The translations under genes and the position numbers were made by a program. A stretch of 62,309 bases of DNA, filler included. It is 8 parts of 8 records of this genome, joined end to end, with 100 filler letters (N's around TTAATTAATTAA, not from the genome) between each part and the next. Parts side by side here need not be neighbours in the genome. Positions count along the whole stretch, not along the records: positions 38,187 to 44,248 come from SRR31156797_31111; positions 44,349 to 49,983 come from SRR31156797_31137; positions 50,084 to 55,761 come from SRR31156797_31140; 5 more parts are not named here. The stretch is one strand, 5' to 3'. The notes under the pieces were generated by a model, which worked only from the letters and a program-made list of their open reading frames with translations, did no database searches and was not told where the DNA came from. Below are positions 44,196 through 52,893 of the stretch, in pieces. Positions within the stretch are counted from its first letter, which is position 1. Every line of letters starts with the position of its first letter.

Positions 44196-44222
44196 AATGG
44201 GCGCCCGCGGGGGGCGCCCATT
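44196..44222. repeat. REP-like GC palindrome
   Basis: AATGGGCGCCC-GCGGG-GGGCGCCCATT. Confidence 0.45.
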
Positions 44223-44248
44223 AGAGGGAATTAAACGTATTATCTAAA

Positions 44249-44348
44249 NNNNNNNNNNNNNNNNNNNNNNNNNNNNNNNNNNNNNNNNNNNNTTAATTAA
44301 TTAANNNNNNNNNNNNNNNNNNNNNNNNNNNNNNNNNNNNNNNNNNNN
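44249..44348. other. Artificial contig linker
   Basis: N-run + TTAATTAATTAA. Confidence 0.99.
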
Positions 44349-44349
44349 A

Positions 44350-44835
44350 GATAAGGAGAAGGAAAAGATTCTTTATGAATGCTCAGTAGCCCCAAAATTA
44401 ACAGGTCAGAGCATTTATGATCAGGAAGTTGACTCCGTCCAAGAGGCTGAGCAGTTCACTGCATATTCTCCAGAGAAAATTCTGCATGAAAAAGAGCTAA
44501 TGGAGAAGACCCATCAGTGGGAAAAAGAAATGCCGAAGGACTTCCTCACAATTGTCAGGATGCGGAGTATTGGAATGAAGGTTCGGGAGATTGCTGGAAT
44601 CTTGGGTGTAACTCCCCATAAGGTTTATAACATCCTCCAGATGTCACAGGCCAGAGCTTCAGAGATTTTCGAGACCAACTGGAAGTACAGAGGCAGAAAA
44701 CACAACGAACTGAACTCTCAACTATCACACCATAAGACTAAGGTTGATAGAGGAGAAGATCTATGTTTAATGGAAAAGTTATCGGGTTACATGGAAAAGC
44801 TCGATCCGGAAAAGATACAGTTGCTGACATCCTGA
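44350..44835 (+). CDS. Sigma-factor-like protein, C-terminal region-4 HTH (5' truncated)
   Basis: Frame open from the contig edge; SPEKILHEKE..IVRMRSIGMKVREIAGILGVTPHKVYNIL. Confidence 0.6.
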   Translation, partial: DKEKEKILYECSVAPKLTGQSIYDQEVDSVQEAEQFTAYSPEKILHEKELMEKTHQWEKEMPKDFLTIVRMRSIGMKVREIAGILGVTPHKVYNILQMSQARASEIFETNWKYRGRKHNELNSQLSHHKTKVDRGEDLCLMEKLSGYMEKLDPEKIQLLTS

Positions 44836-45377
44836 AAGAGAAACTTCAGGAAGAGGGACTAAAAGTTGAAATCATGCACTTCGCTGATCCTCTCAAGGAA
44901 GCTGCGATGTTGATGATGGATTGGACTGAGGACTACGTATATGGAGAGCTGAAGGATAAGATTGATCCTTTCTGGGGGATTTCACCCAGACAATTTCTTC
45001 AAGTTCTTGGAACAGAAATGATGCAGGAAATCATGAAAGAGGTGCCCGGTTACCGATATGGAAAAAGGCACTGGGTCGAGCGGCTGTTCAAGGAGGTCGC
45101 CAGCTCCGAAGCTGATGTGATTTTGATACCAGATACACGTTTCGTTCAGGAAGCGGAGAGAATCCGATTTGTAAATGGAAGTGTCATCGAAGTATTTGAT
45201 CCAATTGCGGATGAGAAGCAGTTTAAGCAGGGGCTTTACGCACATGCATCTGAACAAGGCATAGATGCAACTTTTATCGATTTCCGTTTAGAGAATAGAA
45301 AGGATGGGCTGGACAAATTAAAGGAAACGGTCATTTCACGTATGACTGAAATATATGAATTACCACACGCGGCCTAA
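44763..45377 (+). CDS. Phage deoxynucleoside monophosphate kinase (T4 gp1-like)
   Basis: IGLHGKARSGKDT, FADPLK, PRQFLQVLGTE, DTRF..E, HASE. Confidence 0.9.
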   Translation: MFNGKVIGLHGKARSGKDTVADILKEKLQEEGLKVEIMHFADPLKEAAMLMMDWTEDYVYGELKDKIDPFWGISPRQFLQVLGTEMMQEIMKEVPGYRYGKRHWVERLFKEVASSEADVILIPDTRFVQEAERIRFVNGSVIEVFDPIADEKQFKQGLYAHASEQGIDATFIDFRLENRKDGLDKLKETVISRMTEIYELPHAA

Positions 45378-45395
45378 GTTTTTTCTCTAAGAAAC

Positions 45396-45434
45396 GGTCT
45401 TAAGGAGTACTACCTTCTTGAGACCTTTTTTTTT
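45396..45434 (+). terminator. Intrinsic terminator
   Basis: GGTCTTAAG..CTTGAGACC stem followed by T9. Confidence 0.65.
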
Positions 45435-45445
45435 GGGAGAATGAT

Positions 45446-46498
45446 ATGAACGAGAATCTACTGGTGAAAGTAGGGGACCTGCACATGCGGCCAGACTTCC
45501 CAATGTTTAATGCAAAGCTTGACTTTCTTAACTGGCTCTTCGATCAGGAGGACCTGAACAACCCCAACAACACACTACTCTTCACAGGGGATCTCGGGGA
45601 TGCTCCAAGGATGGAGGGAGAAGTGAACTCGGCCACGGTCTCCCTGTTTGAGAAGCGGAACCGGTTCAAGCTTATCATTATGATCACCGGCAATCATGAT
45701 ATGAAGCGGGGGCAGGGCAGTTTCTTGCACAATTTCTCGCATTTGCCCTTTGTGCACATCGTGGAAGAAATTGAAGAAATTGATGTGGACGGACTAAAGA
45801 TCCTATGTATGCCGCATTTCATAGTAAAGAACAGGTCTGAGAAGACCATGCGGGAGCTGTATGGGAATCTTCCGAAATATCGTCCGGAGTTCTGCGAGAA
45901 GGAATACGATATTATTTCAGGGCACTTTCATGATGAAACTCAGCCCGGAGGGATTGATACTACAGCCCTGCGCGGAAGAAGACTTCACGGGCATGAGCAC
46001 CATCCCTCTCTGAACTACATAGGAACGCCTGTGATTAATCGCAAGGATGAGAAGGGGAAAGATAACCACATCGCCATTACGGGCTGTCAGAGCAAAGATA
46101 TGGCGTTCAGGGAGGTCCCCTGCTTTCTGGATTACTACGATATTCCGTATGCTCCTGATGAATCCTTACCAGAGATGCCTACACCGTACAAAATGATCAC
46201 TGTGGATGGGGCCCCCTCGGAAACAGCGGCTCTGGAGCTGATACAGAATATTCCCGGTGCACACCTGCATACCTTCCACAAAGCCAAAGAAGAGGAGGTC
46301 TTCGAAGAATCCGACCTCTCCAAGTTCCAGCGCGACAAGAATGAATTTGTATGGACTGCCATTGGTGACTATATAACTGAGAACAAAATAACTCGGTTGG
46401 CCGTGGACATCCTGCAAGGTGCATTTGAGCGAAAGCGGAATCGTATTTCTTCCCCGGCCCCGGAAGGAGAAACAGTTGCGCTACGACTTCAAGAATAA
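45446..46498 (+). CDS. Mre11/SbcD-like metallophosphoesterase nuclease (T4 gp47-like)
   Basis: GDLH, TGDLGD, TGNHD, GHF, GHEH, YIGTP. Confidence 0.8.
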   Translation: MNENLLVKVGDLHMRPDFPMFNAKLDFLNWLFDQEDLNNPNNTLLFTGDLGDAPRMEGEVNSATVSLFEKRNRFKLIIMITGNHDMKRGQGSFLHNFSHLPFVHIVEEIEEIDVDGLKILCMPHFIVKNRSEKTMRELYGNLPKYRPEFCEKEYDIISGHFHDETQPGGIDTTALRGRRLHGHEHHPSLNYIGTPVINRKDEKGKDNHIAITGCQSKDMAFREVPCFLDYYDIPYAPDESLPEMPTPYKMITVDGAPSETAALELIQNIPGAHLHTFHKAKEEEVFEESDLSKFQRDKNEFVWTAIGDYITENKITRLAVDILQGAFERKRNRISSPAPEGETVALRLQE

Positions 46499-46700
46499 CA
46501 AGACCAGAGAGATTGTCGAGCGGGAATTTCCCATGGCGGAGGTTCCTGCTTCATTCACTGAAGATGGTGTGGAGTTCACCAGATCATTCGGTACAGAGTG
46601 CAAATCCACCCATATTCCCCCACACATGAGAGCCACAACTACGGAATCAATCATGCGGCGGAGTAGTAAGCGGCCATCAGGTCGAAAAGGATTCTACTGA
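46476..46700 (+). CDS. Small FmdB-like phage protein without the Zn-ribbon cysteine pairs
   Basis: TTG start after AAGGAG; RYDFKNNKTREIVEREFPM. Confidence 0.5.
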   Translation: MRYDFKNNKTREIVEREFPMAEVPASFTEDGVEFTRSFGTECKSTHIPPHMRATTTESIMRRSSKRPSGRKGFY

Positions 46701-46770
46701 CCTCTTTCAGACTATTAAGGTATATGAGCTTACAGATATCAGTCGTAAGCCAATCTTGAAGAGGTAAACG

Positions 46771-47466
46771 ATGAAGAGAATAGTCGTACAGGAAGAGTTC
46801 ACTACCCCGAATGGCGAAGTTGTCCCTGCGGGCGCCACAATTGAAGTGGTTGAAAAGAACGAGACCCCCAAGAAGAGAATAAAGAGAGAGAAACGGAAGA
46901 TGCGGGAGAGCCGGGGAGACGCGGTTTTCATGGTCGTTTATGTGAATGCCATGCACTCCTCCACCGTGGTTCTGGATGAAGTTACTGCAAATAACCTGAA
47001 GGGACTGAGAGACAAGGCCTATGAAGAGCTGAAGGCACAAGATCCTGACTGCTCTGATGACTTCTGGATTGATCAACTGTGGTGTGAGGGGGATCTGCCC
47101 TCCTTGGACTGGAAAGAAGTTCTGGCTCCCCATGGCTATCTTGATCAGGATCGGGTGGACGCTGTATTCGAAGAACCCGAAGACTTCCCAGTAAAAATCA
47201 CGGCCCTGAAGGACCACGGTTATGACATCGATGAGTACCTCGACTCAGTCAGGATTTTTGATGCCAGTGGCGAGGGGGTTGTGGATGGTAGGTACGGAAT
47301 TCGATTCCCTGAAGATTTTGTATATGAGAATGCCGAGGACTTCTGCGGTCAGGATAGCCCCATCATTCAGAACTGGGGCTACTTCGAAGACGGCTGGGCA
47401 AATTATCTGTCAGACGGCGGTATCTTCGGATGGGTTGATGACTACTTCTATGAGATCACCGCGTAA
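46771..47466 (+). CDS. Acidic ArdA-like protein with a distinct N-terminal leader
   Basis: GAGG RBS; basic leader, then about 42 D/E vs 11 K/R by manual count; C-terminus resembles ArdA. Confidence 0.55.
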   Translation: MKRIVVQEEFTTPNGEVVPAGATIEVVEKNETPKKRIKREKRKMRESRGDAVFMVVYVNAMHSSTVVLDEVTANNLKGLRDKAYEELKAQDPDCSDDFWIDQLWCEGDLPSLDWKEVLAPHGYLDQDRVDAVFEEPEDFPVKITALKDHGYDIDEYLDSVRIFDASGEGVVDGRYGIRFPEDFVYENAEDFCGQDSPIIQNWGYFEDGWANYLSDGGIFGWVDDYFYEITA

Positions 47467-47741
47467 TGTTTGACTACAATGTTCTGTCCTTTTGCGTCAT
47501 CGCGGTCATCGGTATCAGCGAGTGGTTGAAGTCACTGGATAGGGATTCTAAGCTGAAGCAGTTCTATGGGTTCCTCCCGGCGGTACTGGCCGTAGGTATT
47601 GCCGTAGTGCTTGTGCAGTATTACTCGGTGGCATGGTACTTTGGATTCGTCTATTGGGGTGTCTGCCTTGGGATGTCAGTTCTGGGGTACGACACGATAG
47701 TGCGAACAATCAAAAAGAAGGCTGATTCGTTCAGCCTCTGA
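47466..47741 (+). CDS. Small 3-TM membrane protein, holin-like
   Basis: Three hydrophobic segments and a basic tail (RTIKKK). Confidence 0.55.
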   Translation: MFDYNVLSFCVIAVIGISEWLKSLDRDSKLKQFYGFLPAVLAVGIAVVLVQYYSVAWYFGFVYWGVCLGMSVLGYDTIVRTIKKKADSFSL

Positions 47742-47744
47742 TAG

Positions 47745-47777
47745 AAAAAGCCCTGCGGGTTGCAGGGCTTTTTTTTT
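47745..47777. terminator. Bidirectional intrinsic terminator
   Basis: AAAAAGCCCTGC-GGGTT-GCAGGGCTTTTTTTTT between convergent genes. Confidence 0.85.
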
Positions 47778-48237
47778 AGTCGGGATAGTAACCGTCAAAA
47801 CCGGAGAAATCATATCCGAGGGTCTGGAAGATCTCCTCGATCCTTTTCACCATCTTTTTCTTATGAATATCTTCTTTCCCTTCAGGCTCCACCACCCGGC
47901 GAACCGTTACAAAGGCAAATGGCAGGGATTCTCCCTCTCCATTCAGGATAATTGTATCGGGATAGTCTCTTCCTAATGTTTGCTGGAGAACCCCCACTCT
48001 GCCTACCAGCTTGGTATAATCAGGGTAGGAACGCTCAGTAAACCCCGTGATACGCACGATGTCCCATGGTTCAAAGTCGGTATCGAGATGAACAGGCTCA
48101 GGCGCGAGACGCTCACCTGCGCGAGATGATCCCCTATGTGTGCGCTCGATTTTTTGGTGGTATTTCTTTCCTTCAATGAGGGCAGAGTGAAAGTCTCCAT
48201 CCTCCTTGAACATAAATGTTCTCTGTGACCCAATCAT
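47776..48237 (-). CDS. Hypothetical phage protein with its own promoter
   Basis: AAGGAG RBS, upstream sigma70 promoter, downstream terminator. Confidence 0.75.
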   Translation of the reverse strand: MIGSQRTFMFKEDGDFHSALIEGKKYHQKIERTHRGSSRAGERLAPEPVHLDTDFEPWDIVRITGFTERSYPDYTKLVGRVGVLQQTLGRDYPDTIILNGEGESLPFAFVTVRRVVEPEGKEDIHKKKMVKRIEEIFQTLGYDFSGFDGYYPD

Positions 48238-48267
48238 AAAAACTCCTTCTGATCGGTCATGCTGTAA

Positions 48268-48296
48268 AATCTAGCATGGCCTCGATGCGATGTCAA
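48268..48296 (-). promoter_or_regulatory. Sigma70-type promoter
   Basis: TTGACA-17 nt-TAGATT with extended -10 TG. Confidence 0.75.
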
Positions 48297-48316
48297 GAAG
48301 GCATTAGTCAGATGCC

Positions 48317-48778
48317 TTATCGTCCAGTGGAGCCAAAGCCCCCGCCACCACGGTCTGTGTCATAAACATCTTTTTCTAGCCATTCTCCAGTACACACTTC
48401 CGGAAGCTCTGCAACTACCAGTTGTGCAATTCTGTCTCCAACAGAAACATGGAAATCTTTATCCCCAAGGTTCTTAAGGATCACGCCGATCTCACCACGA
48501 TAGTTTGAATCAATGGTACCGGGAGAATTCGTAACGGTAACTCCATACTTGTGGGCAAGACCAGATCTGGGTCTGCACTGGATCTCAGCCTTGCCTGTAT
48601 ACCTATTGTGGAGCCTCATGATAGGTATGAGTCCAATCTTTGTGGTTCGCTGTTCTCCGGGGCGGAGGGTGAACGCTTCAATCGAGTGGACATCCATCCC
48701 GGCATCTTCAGGATGGGCGTATGATGGAATTATTGCTTTATCGTCAGTCTTTTTAAAGAACACTTCTATAAGTGGCAT
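48317..48778 (-). CDS. dut: Trimeric dUTPase
   Basis: [40 protein letters not shown]. Confidence 0.96.
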   Translation of the reverse strand: MPLIEVFFKKTDDKAIIPSYAHPEDAGMDVHSIEAFTLRPGEQRTTKIGLIPIMRLHNRYTGKAEIQCRPRSGLAHKYGVTVTNSPGTIDSNYRGEIGVILKNLGDKDFHVSVGDRIAQLVVAELPEVCTGEWLEKDVYDTDRGGGGFGSTGR

Positions 48779-48822
48779 TCTGAACTCCTCAATAGTACTA
48801 TACGGGTGATAAGTTGTAAAGC

Positions 48823-49302
48823 TTAGGCCAACAGGTCAATGATTTTGTCAGAAAGACACTTTCTGAGAAACTTACCGTTTGCTGCATCATCAAGAATCTG
48901 AGTGATTCGCTGACTGATGCTCTCTTTAGTATAAAATCCCTGTGGATAGAGACTGCTACCAATTTCGGTGAGGGTAGGGGCTTTTCCGAACTTCTCACTG
49001 ATGTCTGCCAGAAACACCAGAACTTCCAGCTCGTTCTTACAGATGACCCCCATGACAAAGAGAATGTCAAAGCGGATCACCATCATGGTATCCAGAGCCG
49101 TTTGCCGGGCAAAGTCTACCAATGACCCCTCAAGCTCTCCCTTCAGCCCTTCAACCATAAGCTTCTTCAGATTTTTGTAAGGTGTCTCCCGGATGTTCAG
49201 AATCTTATTAACATCTCCAAGGGAGAACTCCTGAGATTCATAGTCTTTTCCTTTCATTCTTATCACGTTGATCTCCTTATGCGACCTCAGCTTCCTGTCC
49301 AT
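48823..49302 (-). CDS. Hypothetical phage protein, possible C-terminal HTH
   Basis: Compact [19 protein letters not shown]. Confidence 0.55.
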   Translation of the reverse strand: MDRKLRSHKEINVIRMKGKDYESQEFSLGDVNKILNIRETPYKNLKKLMVEGLKGELEGSLVDFARQTALDTMMVIRFDILFVMGVICKNELEVLVFLADISEKFGKAPTLTEIGSSLYPQGFYTKESISQRITQILDDAANGKFLRKCLSDKIIDLLA

Positions 49303-49983
49303 ACATGTCTATCGCTGACACGTCTACAGGAAAATCGATCATTTGTTTTTCTACGCTTTTTGGGTGTACATGCAGAATAGCATCCAGTCCCGTTTCATCA
49401 TTCCAGACAAAAGCCTGTGTCTGTCTGAGGTGCATATACCCCATGAAGTCTTCCCATTCCGAGGGGAGGCTCAGGGATGGCAAGTTTCGGACCTTGATGG
49501 TCGTTTCCTCATCGATGGAGATATACTCCTTCACCCTCTCTTTATGCACATGTCCTTTGTGCACCTCAATGTACTCAATCTCCCCCCAGATCTCTTTGAA
49601 CTTCCGGGAGAGGATGAGGGGGAGGTTCATTCCACGGCGGTTCTCTTTGTGGGTGAGTCCTACAAAACATTTCCCCCACCTGAAGTACTTCAGATCTCGG
49701 TCTCCGTTGTTTACAGTGACATACTTATGTTTGGCATAGAAGGCCGACAGGACGGCTCCGAGGTAGAAAGCCTTCATGGTGTCATGATTACCGGGAACCA
49801 TGACGACTTCTACAGGAGCTGTCTTTAGAAGCTCTTCAATTGTGGCGATCAAACATCTCACTCCAATCTTGAAGCTCTGCTTGTACCCGAGGATGTCATG
49901 CTGTTTTGTCCCTTTCGTTGTTGTCATGTCATATGTGTCGGAGTTGAAAAAGTCATGGCCGACAATGAAGAAAACTTTCTGTA
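49277..49983 (-). CDS. Calcineurin-like phosphoesterase, 5' truncated
   Basis: VGHDFFNSD, VPGNHD, THK, GHVHKE, LPSLS..W..GY. Confidence 0.75.
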
Positions 49984-50083
49984 NNNNNNNNNNNNNNNNN
50001 NNNNNNNNNNNNNNNNNNNNNNNNNNNTTAATTAATTAANNNNNNNNNNNNNNNNNNNNNNNNNNNNNNNNNNNNNNNNNNNN
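49984..50083. other. Artificial contig linker
   Basis: N-run + TTAATTAATTAA. Confidence 0.99.
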
Positions 50084-50119
50084 GTCTGATAATTCTTTGA
50101 ACATTTCTTCGTTGCTCAT
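50084..50119 (-). CDS. Start of a probable methylamine corrinoid protein (MtbC-like), truncated
   Basis: MSNEEMFKELSD after a GAGGTG RBS; mtt context; only 12 codons visible. Confidence 0.4.
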
Positions 50120-50441
50120 TCATTACACCTCAGTTATGTTTAATAATTTTATACTGTATTCGTTTTTGATTCTGGTTTTTTAATGGAGGTATGTTCGAAG
50201 AGAAGCATGTGGAGCCGATAAATATATATACTAAATATTTGAACACTATTTAAGTATTAGCGCTACCGACGCATACCTCTAGCATATATATTTTTCTATT
50301 ATACTGCATTGCATAACTTCGAACAAGAGTAAGGAAATAAAATCAAAAAGACATGGTAAAATTACAAACGCACCATAAGTGTCTTGCATTTTACCCTGTC
50401 TTTCCTACTCAACAGTTCATCTTGACTATTTGGGACTTGCT

Positions 50442-50591
50442 CTAGAATTGCGAAACGAACGTTCTCGCCTGCCAGAGTGCCAGTAATGCTACGATCAGGA
50501 TGGCGACCATCCACATAACATCAGCAGCTGGCAGAGGTGAGTTCACCCAGTAAGCATTGTAAGCTTCCATTGCAGCTTGTGTCTGTACCAT
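50442..50591 (-). CDS. 49-aa single-TM protein ending in TAG (absent from the ORF track)
   Basis: MVQTQAAMEAYNAYWVNSPLPAADVMWMVAILIVALLALWQARTFVSQF; AGGAGTG RBS. Confidence 0.75.
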   Translation of the reverse strand: MVQTQAAMEAYNAYWVNSPLPAADVMWMVAILIVALLALWQARTFVSQF

Positions 50592-50604
50592 TTCTTTTCA
50601 CTCC

Positions 50605-50895
50605 TTAAACATACATCAAACAGGCATCTGAAGCCCTTATCTTTCCGAAATCCGTCAATTTGTACTTGTGCAGAAGGAAACCTTTCTTGTAGATCCCTTC
50701 TTCATCGACCTTGGTCTCTATATCTTCAAGCATTCCACCTGATGCAAGTTCTATAATATCGAAGTTTATGGAATCCCTCTGGAAATTTCCTTTCAGACCA
50801 TATTCTTTCTGGATCTGCTGGACGATCTCATAATTCCATTTGCCACTGTTGCACAACTCAAGTATCCTGAACTTTATTGGACGTTGTCCTGCCAT
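50605..50895 (-). CDS. Small winged-helix-like protein downstream of mttP
   Basis: PIKFRILEL..WNYEIV..Y..YKLTDFG, PadR-like pattern. Confidence 0.7.
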   Translation of the reverse strand: MAGQRPIKFRILELCNSGKWNYEIVQQIQKEYGLKGNFQRDSINFDIIELASGGMLEDIETKVDEEGIYKKGFLLHKYKLTDFGKIRASDACLMYV

Positions 50896-50896
50896 T

Positions 50897-51943
50897 TCAG
50901 TCACCTCTCAAAGATTCCATTTCGCCTGTGTCCTCGGAGAACATTATAGAACTACCTCCAAGACAAAGAGCGCCTCCCAGAAGAATGGTCCATGCAGGAA
51001 CATCTCCAAAGAAAAGGAAAATGAATATCACAGCGAACAGACCGTACAGATTACCAATACCCTGTCCTCTGCCCACACCGATGAGCGGGAAGGACTTGTA
51101 CCAGGCAACATAACAGAAACCAAATGTTATACCTGCAAAGATAAGTACCAGAAGTGTAAGTGGCTCGAATGCAAGAAGTGCATACTTGAACATTGGGAAT
51201 CCTGCAATTGCAAGTGCTGGAACAATAAGGATCCACCAGATGATGTTCTCACCAAGGAACCTCAGTGTAAGACCTACATCAGGTTCTGCGATGTCAAGAC
51301 CCTTTCCTGCAATCGCACCTTCAATTCCCCATCCGGCTGCTGCCATAAGACCACCAAGATAACCGATCCATGCAACATTTCCACTTCCGATCTCAGATAG
51401 CAATCCACCACCGAATATGGTGACACCACCGAGAATGATGAAAGCAATGCCCAGATAAGCACGCTTGGATATCTTTTCACCATACCACTTTTGTGCAAGT
51501 ATGGAACCAACTACAGGATACATGAGTGCTGCAACTGCTGCAAAAGCACCTCCAATGAAACCCATAGCGATAAAAGAACCCAATATGGCCATAGGACCAC
51601 CGAAAATAGATGCCAGGAAGAACCATTTAGAACATGGATGGAATTCCTTCACTGTTCTTTTCATCTCACCGAACTTGCCAAGCACGCCGTTCCAGACGGC
51701 AAGAGCCAGAATAACTGTTAATGCATTAAACGCTGTAATTAACACTGCCACTATTACCAGCGCCACACCATCACCGCTTCCTGCAGCGATTTCACCGTAC
51801 ATCTCATCGAATGGGTTAAGTACCCATACTGTTGTACCGGGGATATACCACATGCCCCAAAGAACTGCACAGAAAAGAGCCCACATATAACCAAACTTGA
51901 CCCTCTTCTGATGTTCTTGCTTTTTTAAAGCTTTTAGATCCAA
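50897..51943 (-). CDS. mttP: Trimethylamine permease (DMT/EamA superfamily)
   Basis: About 10 TMs, FGGPMA, YPVVG, GWGIEG, FPLIGVGRGQ; follows mttBC; TTG start after GGAGGT. Confidence 0.85.
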   Translation of the reverse strand: MDLKALKKQEHQKRVKFGYMWALFCAVLWGMWYIPGTTVWVLNPFDEMYGEIAAGSGDGVALVIVAVLITAFNALTVILALAVWNGVLGKFGEMKRTVKEFHPCSKWFFLASIFGGPMAILGSFIAMGFIGGAFAAVAALMYPVVGSILAQKWYGEKISKRAYLGIAFIILGGVTIFGGGLLSEIGSGNVAWIGYLGGLMAAAGWGIEGAIAGKGLDIAEPDVGLTLRFLGENIIWWILIVPALAIAGFPMFKYALLAFEPLTLLVLIFAGITFGFCYVAWYKSFPLIGVGRGQGIGNLYGLFAVIFIFLFFGDVPAWTILLGGALCLGGSSIMFSEDTGEMESLRGD

Positions 51944-52226
51944 AGTCAATACCTCCAATTTTAAACCTTCATAATTATAATGGCCATCTAATGACCGGTT
52001 GACACTTCCGGAACCACCGGAAGGTGTTACTCAAAAGAAGACAGGAACTGACAACTCCTGATCAGACATGACAGCCATTGTCTTCTTTTGAGAGTGTTAC
52101 AGCGGAAAAGTGATATTCCGGTAACACCAATTAGAGGAAGACAATACACGCAAGAATTGTCTCCCGGTTGTGAAGTTGTACTCGACATACAACCTCACAA
52201 CTAATTCTCTCAATTTTCCTTTTGTC

Positions 52227-52874
52227 TTAGAACATTGCGTTAAGCTTGGAAACCACATCAGTAGCGTTCTCACCGTAGACGTCTGCACCAATCTTAGTTG
52301 CCCAGTCCTGAGTCACAGGTGCACCGCCGACCATTGTCTTGAGTGAGTCACGAATACCTGCTTCCTTGAGCTGTTCCTCGATCTGGATCTGGTTGACCAT
52401 TGTTGTAGTCATAAGAGCTGATGAAGCTACAACGTCTGCACCAACATCTTTTGCTTCCTCTACATACTTCTTGATAGGAACATCCCTTCCAAGGTCGACG
52501 ACCTTGAATCCGGCGATCTTGAGCATTGTTGCAACGATATCCTTACCAATGGAGTGGATGTCACCTTCGATGGTACCGATAACGATTGTTCCTTTGTTCT
52601 CTGCCTCTGCACCGAGCCTCTCAAGCTCAGGTGTAAGTATTGCAACACCTGCACTCATTGCCTCGGATGCTGCTATAACGTGAGGAAGGAAGAGTGTACC
52701 TGCTTCGAACTGGTCTCCTATTTCGGTCATTGCAGCTGTGAATCCTTCCTGGATAAGATCTGCAGGATTGATGTCTGCATCCAGGGATTCCTGTGCAACT
52801 GCTTCAGCTGCTTCGTCATCAAAATCTAAAATTGCGGCCTTTGCTTTTGCGATTATTTCTTCTTTGGTTGCCAT
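52227..52874 (-). CDS. mttC: Trimethylamine corrinoid protein
   Basis: EGDIHSIGKDIV B12 motif, SALMTTTM, VGGAP. Confidence 0.93.
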   Translation of the reverse strand: MATKEEIIAKAKAAILDFDDEAAEAVAQESLDADINPADLIQEGFTAAMTEIGDQFEAGTLFLPHVIAASEAMSAGVAILTPELERLGAEAENKGTIVIGTIEGDIHSIGKDIVATMLKIAGFKVVDLGRDVPIKKYVEEAKDVGADVVASSALMTTTMVNQIQIEEQLKEAGIRDSLKTMVGGAPVTQDWATKIGADVYGENATDVVSKLNAMF

Positions 52875-52893
52875 TTTTGTAACCTCCATTTAA

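Larger units (their letters stand above)
44349..49983. mobile_element. Bacteriophage genome fragment (probably a large tailed phage)
   Basis: Tightly packed dNMP kinase, Mre11-like nuclease, dUTPase, sigma-like and holin-like genes plus orphan ORFs; no housekeeping genes. Confidence 0.85.

Noticed and set aside
44349-49983. Stop-codon reassignment in the phage
   Set aside because: Recognisable genes are full length under the standard code
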